Position numbers and translations under genes: made by a program
Shown: piece by piece, positions 47,183 to 55,888 of the stretch
Layout: every line of letters starts with the position of its first letter
Position numbering within the stretch: the stretch's first letter is position 1
DNA from: Candidatus Fervidifonticultor secundus
GTDB lineage: Bacteria > Sysuimicrobiota > Sysuimicrobiia > Sysuimicrobiales > Humicultoraceae
Reading direction: 5' to 3'
Assembly: GCA_031459385.1 (NCBI GenBank)
Contig: JAVKIP010000006.1
Location: forward strand, 32,001-96,000
DNA length: 64,000 bases
Notes under the pieces: generated by a model
Seen by the model: the letters and a program-made list of their open reading frames with translations, nothing else
Database searches by the model: none
Told to the model about the DNA's origin: nothing

Positions 47183-47847
47183 TTAGCACCCCCCCGACGA
47201 CGGTCGCGACGTAGCGAACCGCCGGTGGTAAGCGAGCCAGGCTTTCAGGGCCCGCGTGGTGGTCGGTCCGATGAAGGTCACCCGATCCTTGTGGCCTTTG
47301 CCGGCACGCACGAACAGGCCGCGGTCAGCGGGCCGCCAGTCCTCCACGGGCAGATGCGGCAGTTCACTAGCCCGCAGACCGCCGTCGGCGAGCACCGGCA
47401 CGAGTGCCCGGTTCCGCGTGCCTTCCAGGGTGCCGGGGCAAACCGCGAGCACCGCCCGCAGTTCGTCCTCGGTCGGGACGTCGGGCAGCGTCCTCGGCGT
47501 GCGCATGGTGAAACCGCGCAGCGGGTTCTCGGGTAGAGCCCCGATTTCGACGCACCAGCGGAAGAACGTCTTGAAGGTGCGATAGGCTTGGTGCTGGCGC
47601 GATGCTGAGAGTCCTTGCTCCTGCAGGCGCGCAAAGAACGCCCGAACGGTGATGGGGGTCACCTCGGGGACAGCGGCGAGAAACCGACGCAGCCACCACT
47701 CATAGGTGGCCAGCGTGCGGGCTGTGCATCCGGCGACCCGCTTGCCAATTAGGAACGCCTCGACGGCCTCCCTGAGGGGGTGAGCATCGGCTTTTTCGCC
47801 CGGTGTTGGCGAAGGGGAAGCGTCTGAAACCCGCGTCCTGACTGGGT
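47183..47847 (-). mobile_element. Truncated tyrosine recombinase/integrase remnant abutting the tRNA-Gly 3' end
   Basis: LREAVEAFL...TLATY (SAM-like domain), FFRW, NP, RNRAL..LADGGLRASEL (catalytic Arg box), GKGHKDR; stops before the HxxR and Tyr motifs. Confidence 0.85.
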
Positions 47848-47922
47848 TGGAGCGGGCGACGGGATTTGAACCCGCGACCCTCGGCTTGGGAAGCCGATGC
47901 TCTACCGCTGAGCTACACCCGC
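47848..47922 (-). tRNA. tRNA-Gly (anticodon CCC) with encoded CCA
   Basis: GCGGGTG TA GCTC AGCGGTA GAGC A TCGGC TTCCCAA GCCGA GGGTC GCGGG TTCAAAT CCCGT CGCCCGC T CCA folds into a cloverleaf. Confidence 0.97.
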
Positions 47923-47934
47923 TCGACTACCGCA

Positions 47935-47943
47935 ATTATAGCA
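47935..47943 (-). promoter_or_regulatory. Extended -10 (TGCTATAAT) of the tRNA
   Basis: Perfect TATAAT with TGn, 12 nt upstream of the mature 5' end. Confidence 0.7.
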
Positions 47944-48123
47944 AATTCGGCGCGGGGGTAAGCCTTTCCTCCGGGCCCATCGTACACGGGCGGCCCCGAC
48001 GGCTGACGCCGACCCGACGAGCATGGAACCCCTACGGGGCCACGGCCCCGGTGAGCACGCTGGGCGCCCCCGCGATGGATGGTCGCCCCTCGCACTCGCC
48101 CGGGCAGGTGATAGGATGGAAAC

Positions 48124-48819
48124 ATGCCAGTCACTCTGCTGCTCTTCGACGTCGACGGTACCCTCATCCGCCGCAGCAGGGCTGCGCGCCTGGCCTTCGC
48201 CCGGGCCCTGCGCGAGCGCTTCGGCGTCGCGCCCGACCTGCGGGCGCTGGACACCGCCGGCCGCACCGACGCCGCCATCATGGGCGACGTCCTGCGCAGC
48301 CACGGCCTGCCCGCCGCGAACGGGGCGCTGGCCGCGCTGCGGGAGGGGTTCCTCCACCACCTGGCCCAGACGATCCGCGAGCAGCCGGGCGAGCCGTGTC
48401 CGGGCGTCCGCCCGCTGCTCGATGTCCTGGCCGCCCGTCCCGACATGCGCCTGGCGCTGGGCACGGGCAACCTGGAGCGCGGCGCCCGCATCAAGCTGGC
48501 CGCCCACGACCTGGACCGCTACTTCCCCACGGGCGGCTTCGGCGACGATGCGGCGGCGCGCGCGGCGATCATCGCGGCGGGCATCACCAGGGCCCGCACG
48601 CACTACCGGGTGCCCTTCGACCGCACGGTGGTCGTGGGCGACACGCCGTACGACCTCGCGGCGGCACGCGCGAACGGCGCGTTCTGCCTGTGCGTGGCCA
48701 CCGGCCAGTTCGGCCTCGAGGCCCTGCGCGGGGCCGACGTCCTCCTCCCAGACCTGACCGACCTCGACGCCGTGCTGGGCGCGCTCGAGGGACTCACCGG
48801 CGGCCCGGCCGCCCGGTAG
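48124..48819 (+). CDS. HAD-family hydrolase
   Basis: LFDVDGTL, GTGN, VVGDTPYD; probably leaderless (TGATAGGAT 6 nt before ATG). Confidence 0.9.
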   Translation: MPVTLLLFDVDGTLIRRSRAARLAFARALRERFGVAPDLRALDTAGRTDAAIMGDVLRSHGLPAANGALAALREGFLHHLAQTIREQPGEPCPGVRPLLDVLAARPDMRLALGTGNLERGARIKLAAHDLDRYFPTGGFGDDAAARAAIIAAGITRARTHYRVPFDRTVVVGDTPYDLAAARANGAFCLCVATGQFGLEALRGADVLLPDLTDLDAVLGALEGLTGGPAAR

Positions 48820-48892
48820 GCAGTCGCGCCCGGCCGCTCAACATCCGCCGCCGGGCGAACGACGGCGCCAGACAGCACGGAGGATAGCCCCG

Positions 48893-51550
48893 ATGGCCGT
48901 TCCGACCGGCACGGTCACGTTCCTCTTCTCCGACCTCGAGGGCTCGACACGGCTTCTCGAGCGGATCGGCGACCGGTATGCCCAGGTCCTGCACACATAC
49001 CTGACGCTGCTGCGCCGGGCCGCGGCAGCCGCCGGCGGGTACGAGTTCGAAACGCAGGGAGACGGTCTCTTCGTGGCCTTCGCGAGCGCCAGGGAGGCGC
49101 TGGCGGCGGCCGTCGAGGCGCAGCGCGACCTGCAGGCGCAGACGTGGCCAGACGATGCGCCGGTACGCGTGCGCATGGCGCTCCACACCGGCACGCCGGC
49201 GCTGACGGGCACGCGCTACGTCGGCATCGACCTGCACCGCACGGCGCGCATCTGCCAGGCGGGGTGGGGCGGCCAGGTGCTGCTCTCGCAGGCCACGCGC
49301 GACCTGGTGGTGGACACGCTGCCCCACGGCGTCCGTCTCCGCGACTTCGGCCAGTACCGCCTCAAGGACCTCCGGCGCCCGGAGCACCTCTACCAGGCGG
49401 TGATCGCGTCCCTCCCCTCCGAGTTCCCGCCCCTGCGCTCGCTGACGCCCCACCGTCACAACCTGCCCGTGCAGACCACGAGCTTCGTGGGCCGCGAGCG
49501 GGAAGTGCAGGAGGTCAAGGCGGCGCTGACCGGCGCGCGGCTGGTCACCCTCACCGGGACCGGCGGCAGCGGCAAGACGCGCCTGGCCATCCAGGTGGCG
49601 GCCGACGTCGCGGACATGTTCCCCGACGGCGCGTGGTTCGCGGACCTGGCGGCGCTGTCCGACCCGGCCCTGGTGCCGCAGACGCTGGCCGTCGCGGTGG
49701 GCGTCACGGAAGACCCCGGCCGGTCGCTGACCGAGACGCTCGTCGACGCCCTGCGCGACCGCCACCTCCTGGTGCTGCTGGACAACTGCGAGCACCTGCT
49801 GACGGCGTGCGCGGAGCTCGCGTTGGCCCTGCTGCGCGCGTGCCCGCGGGTGGTCGTGCTGACGACGAGCCGCGAGCCCCTGGACCTGCCCGGCGAGGTG
49901 ACGTATCCGGTCCCGCCACTTGCGCTCCCCGACCCCGCGCGCACGCCGTCGGTCGAGGAACTGGCCCGGGCCGACGCGGTGCGCCTGTTCGTCGAGCGCG
50001 CGTCGCTGGCCTCGCCGGCCTTCAGGCTGACCCCGCAGAACGCCCAGGCAGTGGTGCACCTGTGCCGCAGGCTCGACGGCATCCCGCTGGCGATCGAGCT
50101 GGCCGCGGCGCGGGTGAACGTGCTCTCGGTCGAGCAGATCAGCATCCGCCTGCACGACCGGTTCCGGCTGCTCGCGGGCAGGGCGCGGACCGTCCCGCGT
50201 CACCGCACCCTGCGCGCCGCCATGGACTGGAGCTACGACCTGCTGGCCGGGCCCGAACGCGCACTGCTGTGCCGCCTGTCGGTGTTCGCGGGCACCTTCG
50301 ACCTGGAAGCGGTCGAGGCGGTCTGCGGGGAGCGCGCCGACAGCTGGGGCACGCTCGACCTCCTGGCGCGGCTCGTGCAGCGCTCGCTGGTGACGTCGGA
50401 AGAGCACGGGGGAGAGATCCGCTACCGGATGCTGGAAACGATCCGCCAGTACGCGCGCGAGCACCTGCAGGCCTCGGGGGAGGAACCGGCGGTGCTCGAC
50501 CGGCACAGCCGGTGGTACCTGGCCCTGGCCGAGCGCGCCGAACCGGAGCTGCGCGGCCCGGACCAGGCGCGGTGGCTGTCGCGTCTGGACCGGGATCACG
50601 ACAACCTGCGCGCGGCGCTGGACTGGCTGACCGCGCGCGGGGAGCACGAGGCGACCCTGCGCCTGGCCCACGGGCTGTGGCGGTTCTGGTTCACGAAGAG
50701 CTACTACCGAGAGGGGCGCGGGCGGCTGGAGGAGGCGCTGCGCCGGAGCCTCGAGGCAGACGCCGCGCTGCGGGCAAAGGCCCTCGTGGGCGCCGGATAC
50801 CTGGCCCTCAACCAGGAAGACTACGCGGCCGCGTCGCGGCTACTCGAGGAGAGCCTGGCCATCGGCGAACGCCTGGGCGATCGCCGCGCCATCGCCCTCG
50901 CGCTCAACTGGCTGGGCGTCGTCGCCTGGCGTCTGGGCGAGTTCGGGCGCGCGGCAGCGCTCTACGAGCAGGGCATCGGCCTGGCGGAGGCCGCGGGCGC
51001 CGAGGACGTCAGGACCACGCTGCTGAACAATACGGCCCTCCTGAGTGCCAGTCGCGGTGACTTCACGCTGGCGCGGGCCCTGCTGGAGGAGGCCCTGGCC
51101 ATCCATCGGCGGAAGGCCGACAAGTGGGGCATCGCCAACGTGGCCGGGAACCTGGCCGTGATGGTCTTTCGCGAGGGCGACCCGGCGGCCGCGCGCGCGA
51201 TGGTCACGGAGAGCCTCCAGATCTTCCGCGAGCTGGGCGACGTGCGGGAACGGGCGAGCGACCTGCAGCTGCTCGGGATCCTGGCCGCCGAACGCGGCCA
51301 GGCGGCCCGCGCCGCGCGGATCCTCGGGGCCGTCGAGGCCGCTCGCGACAGCGTCGGCGCGCCGTTCGCCCGGATCGAGCGCGCGCTCTACGACTACGAG
51401 CGGCACGTGACCATGATCCGGGAGGCGCTGGGGCCCGACGCGTTCGCCAGCGCCTGGGCCGAGGGGCGCGCGATGGGCCTGGGCGAGGCCGTCGAGTACG
51501 CTTTGCACGATGAGCCGGCCGCCTCCAGCGTGCTGGACCTCACAGGATAA
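48893..51550 (+). CDS. Class III adenylate/guanylate cyclase - STAND (NB-ARC-like) ATPase - TPR protein
   Basis: FSDLEGST, QGDG, RMALHTG; GTGGSGKT, LLDNCEH, DGIPLAIELAA; C-terminal TPRs. Confidence 0.9.
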   Translation: MAVPTGTVTFLFSDLEGSTRLLERIGDRYAQVLHTYLTLLRRAAAAAGGYEFETQGDGLFVAFASAREALAAAVEAQRDLQAQTWPDDAPVRVRMALHTGTPALTGTRYVGIDLHRTARICQAGWGGQVLLSQATRDLVVDTLPHGVRLRDFGQYRLKDLRRPEHLYQAVIASLPSEFPPLRSLTPHRHNLPVQTTSFVGREREVQEVKAALTGARLVTLTGTGGSGKTRLAIQVAADVADMFPDGAWFADLAALSDPALVPQTLAVAVGVTEDPGRSLTETLVDALRDRHLLVLLDNCEHLLTACAELALALLRACPRVVVLTTSREPLDLPGEVTYPVPPLALPDPARTPSVEELARADAVRLFVERASLASPAFRLTPQNAQAVVHLCRRLDGIPLAIELAAARVNVLSVEQISIRLHDRFRLLAGRARTVPRHRTLRAAMDWSYDLLAGPERALLCRLSVFAGTFDLEAVEAVCGERADSWGTLDLLARLVQRSLVTSEEHGGEIRYRMLETIRQYAREHLQASGEEPAVLDRHSRWYLALAERAEPELRGPDQARWLSRLDRDHDNLRAALDWLTARGEHEATLRLAHGLWRFWFTKSYYREGRGRLEEALRRSLEADAALRAKALVGAGYLALNQEDYAAASRLLEESLAIGERLGDRRAIALALNWLGVVAWRLGEFGRAAALYEQGIGLAEAAGAEDVRTTLLNNTALLSASRGDFTLARALLEEALAIHRRKADKWGIANVAGNLAVMVFREGDPAAARAMVTESLQIFRELGDVRERASDLQLLGILAAERGQAARAARILGAVEAARDSVGAPFARIERALYDYERHVTMIREALGPDAFASAWAEGRAMGLGEAVEYALHDEPAASSVLDLTG

Positions 51551-51676
51551 CCCGCCGCGCCCCGCGAACGGTCGCCAGGTAGTTCACGCGCCTGGGGCCC
51601 GCGCCGTCGGGCCGGACATCGTTGCGCCGTACCTGTCCCCGTGTCGACCGCAGGTCCGTCACAGCAGAAAGGGGTG

Positions 51677-51931
51677 GTGCGCACGCCGCTCTACATGATC
51701 CAGGCGTCCTACACGGCCGAGGCGTGGGAGGCGATGTGCGACGATCCGGCGATGTGCATGCCGGAACGGACGGTCAGGCCGGTCGAGGCGCTGGCGAAAA
51801 CCGCGGGCATCGAGGTGGAGTACGCGGACGGGTGGGGCCCCCTCGGCGAGAAGACCACGCCGCTGCTGGACCCGAAGCAGAACGAGACCGAGCAGGCCTT
51901 CAGGCTCGCGGGGACCTACAGACCCGCCTGA
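51677..51931 (+). CDS. Short GYD-domain-like protein
   Basis: PLYMIQASYTAEAW...KTTPLL...YRP resembles the GYD family ends; AGAAAGGGG RBS. Confidence 0.55.
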   Translation: MRTPLYMIQASYTAEAWEAMCDDPAMCMPERTVRPVEALAKTAGIEVEYADGWGPLGEKTTPLLDPKQNETEQAFRLAGTYRPA

Positions 51932-51934
51932 CGC

Positions 51935-52852
51935 ATGGACCGCCGGACCCTCGCCGCGCTGGCGGCGACGCTGCTGACCTGGTCATCGGCCTACGCCGCC
52001 ATCCGCGCCGGTTTGACGGGGTACCAGCCCGTGCACCTGGCGACGCTGCGGTACGTAATCGCCTCGGCGCTGCTGGCCGGCCACGCGCTCGCCGCCGGGG
52101 TTCGCCCGCCGGTGCTGCGCGACCTCCCCGCGATCGTGGCGCTGGGCGCCACCGGCATCACGACGTACACGCTGGCGTTGGCCTTCGGCCTGCGCACCGT
52201 CGCGGCCGGCGCGGGCAGCCTCATCATCTCCTCGCAGTCGATCTGGATCGCGCTGTTCGCCGTCGCTTTCCTGCGCGAGCGGCTGACCGTGTGGGGGTGG
52301 CTCGGGACGCTGCTGAGCTTCGGCGGCGTGGCCCTCATCGTCTGGGGTGAGGGCAGGGGCGCCGACGCCGCCAGCAGCGGTGCGGGCGCCGCAAGCGCAG
52401 GCCTCGCGGTCGACCGCAACGCGCTGTGGGTGGTGCTGGCCGCCGTGGCTACCGCCGCCTACTTCGTGGGCCAGAAGCCGCTGCTGGGGCGGTACGCGGC
52501 GACGGCCCTTAACGCGTACTGCATCTGGGTCGGCACGGGCCTGATGCTGCTGGCCTCCGGCGGCCTGCTCGCGGCCGTGCGCGAAGCGCCGGCGGCGGCG
52601 ACGCTGGCCGCAGTCTACCTGGGCGTCTTCCCCACCGCGATCGGCTACGCCACGTGGACGTACGCGCTGTCCCGGGCACCGGCGGCGATCGTGGGCAACG
52701 CGCTGTACCTGATCGCGCCGCTGGCGATCGTGGTGGCGTGGGCGTGGCTGGGCGAGGTCCCGCGGGTGCTGTCGCTGCTCGGCGGCGGGGTGGTGCTGGC
52801 GGGCATCGCCCTGGTCAACGCGCGGGGTCACCCTCGTGCCGGCGCCGCGTAG
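51935..52852 (+). CDS. DMT/EamA family transporter
   Basis: About 10 TM helices, FLRERL, YLGVFPTAIGY, WLGE. Confidence 0.9.
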   Translation: MDRRTLAALAATLLTWSSAYAAIRAGLTGYQPVHLATLRYVIASALLAGHALAAGVRPPVLRDLPAIVALGATGITTYTLALAFGLRTVAAGAGSLIISSQSIWIALFAVAFLRERLTVWGWLGTLLSFGGVALIVWGEGRGADAASSGAGAASAGLAVDRNALWVVLAAVATAAYFVGQKPLLGRYAATALNAYCIWVGTGLMLLASGGLLAAVREAPAAATLAAVYLGVFPTAIGYATWTYALSRAPAAIVGNALYLIAPLAIVVAWAWLGEVPRVLSLLGGGVVLAGIALVNARGHPRAGAA

Positions 52853-52904
52853 ATCTCCTCGCGCACCTGAGGGTCGCGCTCGCGGGCGAGGCGCGCGTCC
52901 CGCG

Positions 52905-54095
52905 TCACGGCGCCGGCGCCTCGCGCGCGGCCCCGGCGGGCTGCGTGTGCGCCGCGGCCAGTGCCGGGACTGGCCGCAGCCACGCCACGGCGCCGGCCAG
53001 CACGACCACCAGTGCCGCTGACAGCAGCAGCGGCAGCGCGGGGTTGGCCCGGTACGCGTAGCCGCCGACCACCACGCCGGCGGCGGCCAGAAGCGCGGCC
53101 AGCATGCCGGAGATGGCGAAGGCCCGGCCGAGCATCTCGCCCGGCGCGCGCGCGCCGACCAGTGCCTGGCCCAGCGCGGCGGTCGGCGCCCGGGCGCGCA
53201 GGACCGAAGCCACCGGCAGCAGCGCCGCCGGCCCGTAGACGTTCAGGGTCATCCCGAGCGCGTAGACGAGCAGCGCGCCGGCCAGCGCCGGGGTGACCCC
53301 CAGGCGGTCGCCCAGGCGGCCGCCGACCGCGGTCAGCGCGACCCCGCCGACCGCCGTCATCGAGCCCAGGAACCCGATCTCCGACAGCGACAGCCCGCGC
53401 ACCTCGCGCAGGAACGGGGTGAGGAACGGGGCCGCGGCCAGGACCGCCACCGCGGGGCCCGCGACCAGAAGCAGCACCGGCAACTGCGGCCGCAGCGCGG
53501 GCCACGCCATCGGCAGTGCCGGTCCCGACCTGCGCGGGGCGGGCGGCGCGCCCCGGACGCGCAGCACCACCGCGGTGGAAACAGCATAGCAGGCCGCGGC
53601 CAGCAGGAGCGTCGCCCGGATGCCCCACCGGTCGGCCACGACGCCGCCGAGCGTGGGCGCCACCAGGAAGGCCGTGGACGTCATCATGCCCAGCGTGGCG
53701 AACGTCGACGCCAGGCGGTCGGGCGTCACCCGCTCGGCGACGAACGCGTGCACCGCCGGCAACCCGAAGAACGTCACCTCGTAGAGCAGCAGGCCTGGCA
53801 GCAGCCACACGTACGCGGGCGCCGCAGCCAGCAGCAGCGGTACCGGCGCGGCCGACACCCACGACGCAATGATGACGGTGCGGCGGCGCCAGCGGTCGGC
53901 GACCAGGATGCCGATCAGGTACCCGCCGGCCAGGGCCAGGTAGCGCAGGTTGAACAGCGTGCCGAGGTGCACCGGCGAGGCCCCGAGCTGGCGCGCGAAG
54001 ATCGGCACCAGCTGCTCGTACAGGCCGATCCCGAACGTCCACAGGAACAGCGCCGCGAACAGCGCGCGCAGGTTGCGGTCCTCCGGCAGCGTCAT
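52905..54095 (-). CDS. MFS transporter
   Basis: About 12 TM helices, ADRWRRR and GRLGDRLG loop motifs; ATGA overlap. Confidence 0.88.
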   Translation of the reverse strand: MTLPEDRNLRALFAALFLWTFGIGLYEQLVPIFARQLGASPVHLGTLFNLRYLALAGGYLIGILVADRWRRRTVIIASWVSAAPVPLLLAAAPAYVWLLPGLLLYEVTFFGLPAVHAFVAERVTPDRLASTFATLGMMTSTAFLVAPTLGGVVADRWGIRATLLLAAACYAVSTAVVLRVRGAPPAPRRSGPALPMAWPALRPQLPVLLLVAGPAVAVLAAAPFLTPFLREVRGLSLSEIGFLGSMTAVGGVALTAVGGRLGDRLGVTPALAGALLVYALGMTLNVYGPAALLPVASVLRARAPTAALGQALVGARAPGEMLGRAFAISGMLAALLAAAGVVVGGYAYRANPALPLLLSAALVVVLAGAVAWLRPVPALAAAHTQPAGAAREAPAP

Positions 54096-55153
54096 CGCGG
54101 CCTCACCGTCCGGACGTGCAGCCCTCGCCGGGCGACGCGCGTCTCCAGCACGCGAACACCTGCGGCGCGCAGCGCGCGCTCCACCGCCGGCTTGGCGCCG
54201 GTACGCGTGTAGGCCAGCACGCACCCCCCGCCGCCCGCCCCGCACGCCTTCCCGCCCGTCGCGCCGTGGCGGCGGGCCACCGCCAGCACCTGCTCGATCT
54301 CGGGCGTGGAGACTCCCGAGGCCAGCCGCCGCCGGTGGGCCCATTCCTCGCCGATCAACTCGCCCACCGCGTCCAGGTCGCCGGCGCGCAGCGCGTCCCG
54401 CACCTGCCGCGCAACCACCCCGATGCGGCGCAGACCGCTCACCGCGCGCGGTGAGCCGTCCAGGTACGCGCGCACCACCCCCCAGTTCGTGAGCCCCGAG
54501 GCGTGCGGCTGGCCGGTGTAGGCCAGCACCAGACGCTCTTCCAGTGCCCGGCGCTGGCCGGGCCGGCGCAGCAGCGGCTCGATCCGGTCACCGTCGACGC
54601 CGAAGGCGATGGCGTTCACGCCGCCGCAGACCGCCGCCAGGTAGTCCTGCCGGCCCGTGAGCGTGCGCAGCGAGGCGGCTTCCAGGCGCCAGGCTGCCGC
54701 CACCAGATCGTCGGGCCGCCGGGGCCGGCGGCCCAGGCGGTCGAGCGCGGCGAGCAGCGCCACGAGCAGCGCCGACGACGCGCCCAGCCCCGAGCCCGGC
54801 GGCGCCGCAGAGTGCAGCGTGACCTCCAGCCCCCCGCCGCGGCCGAGACGCCCGGCGGCATGGCGGAGCGCGCGGCAGGCCAGGTCGAGCCGACCTCCGG
54901 TCGGCAGGGCGTCGAGTCCCTCGCCGGTCACCTGCACATTGAGATCCTCGGAGCGCACGACGACCCCGACCCGCCGACGCGTCACGCGGACCCGCACGGG
55001 GATCTCTACTGCGACGTTGACGGTCCAGGCGTCGTCCTCCAGCAGGTAGAGCGGGTGAATGTCGAGCGTCCCGCCGGCCAGGTCCACTCGGGTGGGCGCC
55101 TGCGCCAGGACGGCCGCCGGGCGTTGCGTCGTCCTAGTGCGCTGCGCCGTCAT
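54092..55153 (-). CDS. GHMP family sugar kinase (HddA-like)
   Basis: APTRVDLAGGTLD, PPGSGLGASS, GRQD, GAGGGG. Confidence 0.88.
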   Translation of the reverse strand: MTAQRTRTTQRPAAVLAQAPTRVDLAGGTLDIHPLYLLEDDAWTVNVAVEIPVRVRVTRRRVGVVVRSEDLNVQVTGEGLDALPTGGRLDLACRALRHAAGRLGRGGGLEVTLHSAAPPGSGLGASSALLVALLAALDRLGRRPRRPDDLVAAAWRLEAASLRTLTGRQDYLAAVCGGVNAIAFGVDGDRIEPLLRRPGQRRALEERLVLAYTGQPHASGLTNWGVVRAYLDGSPRAVSGLRRIGVVARQVRDALRAGDLDAVGELIGEEWAHRRRLASGVSTPEIEQVLAVARRHGATGGKACGAGGGGCVLAYTRTGAKPAVERALRAAGVRVLETRVARRGLHVRTVRPR

Positions 55154-55184
55154 CGCCCCCTGTCCCCGCCGCTGCCCTGCCGCT

Positions 55185-55865
55185 TCACCGGAACATCCCG
55201 TCCAGCGCGCGCCGGAACGCCTCGGTCGCCCCTCGCACCGAGCGCGGCGTGCGCCCCGTGACGACGACGCCGATCATCACCGCCCACACCTGCGGGATGG
55301 CGAAGTAGCGCGGCAGGTCCTCGGGCTGCACCCGGCGCTGGCTGGGCACGATGAGCCGGCGCCGCGTCACCTGCCCGAGCCGCGCCAGCGCCACCAGGTC
55401 GTCGGCCACGGGGTCGGTGCCGTAGCCGTCCGGCGGGACCAGGGCGGCCTCCAGCCAGTCCCCGGGCAGCGCGGCGATGGCCCCGTAGGCTGCCACGGGG
55501 TAGTCGTGCGGGATAGCCGGCACCACCGGCACGCCGGCCTCATAGAGGAACAGCGGCAGGCGCGTGATGTAGGCGTCGAGGAACGCGAACCGGCGCAGCC
55601 GCGGCAGGTCGTCGCGGGCGACCATCTGCTCCTCGCCCGGCACGAGCCCGGTGGGCACGCCCAGGCGCAGGATCACCTCCAGGCGCGCCCATTCGTCGTC
55701 GAGGGAACCGAACCGCACGCGGGCCGCCCGGTGGAAGACGTTGACGTGCACCTTGAGGAGGTCGGCCCCGCCGGCAGCGGCCGCGTCCGCCAGGGCGGGA
55801 TCGTTGCGGGGCAGGCTGACGATCAGCAGCCCGCGGCGATCGGGGATCGACGGCACCGTGGCCAC
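55185..55865 (-). CDS. Hypothetical protein, probable (beta/alpha)8 barrel
   Basis: LIVSLPRND..LA..A..GGADLLKVHVNV, VPSQR, VMIGVVVTG; GGAGGG RBS. Confidence 0.7.
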   Translation of the reverse strand: MATVPSIPDRRGLLIVSLPRNDPALADAAAAGGADLLKVHVNVFHRAARVRFGSLDDEWARLEVILRLGVPTGLVPGEEQMVARDDLPRLRRFAFLDAYITRLPLFLYEAGVPVVPAIPHDYPVAAYGAIAALPGDWLEAALVPPDGYGTDPVADDLVALARLGQVTRRRLIVPSQRRVQPEDLPRYFAIPQVWAVMIGVVVTGRTPRSVRGATEAFRRALDGMFR

Positions 55866-55888
55866 GGCCTGGTCCCTCCCCCGGGCCC

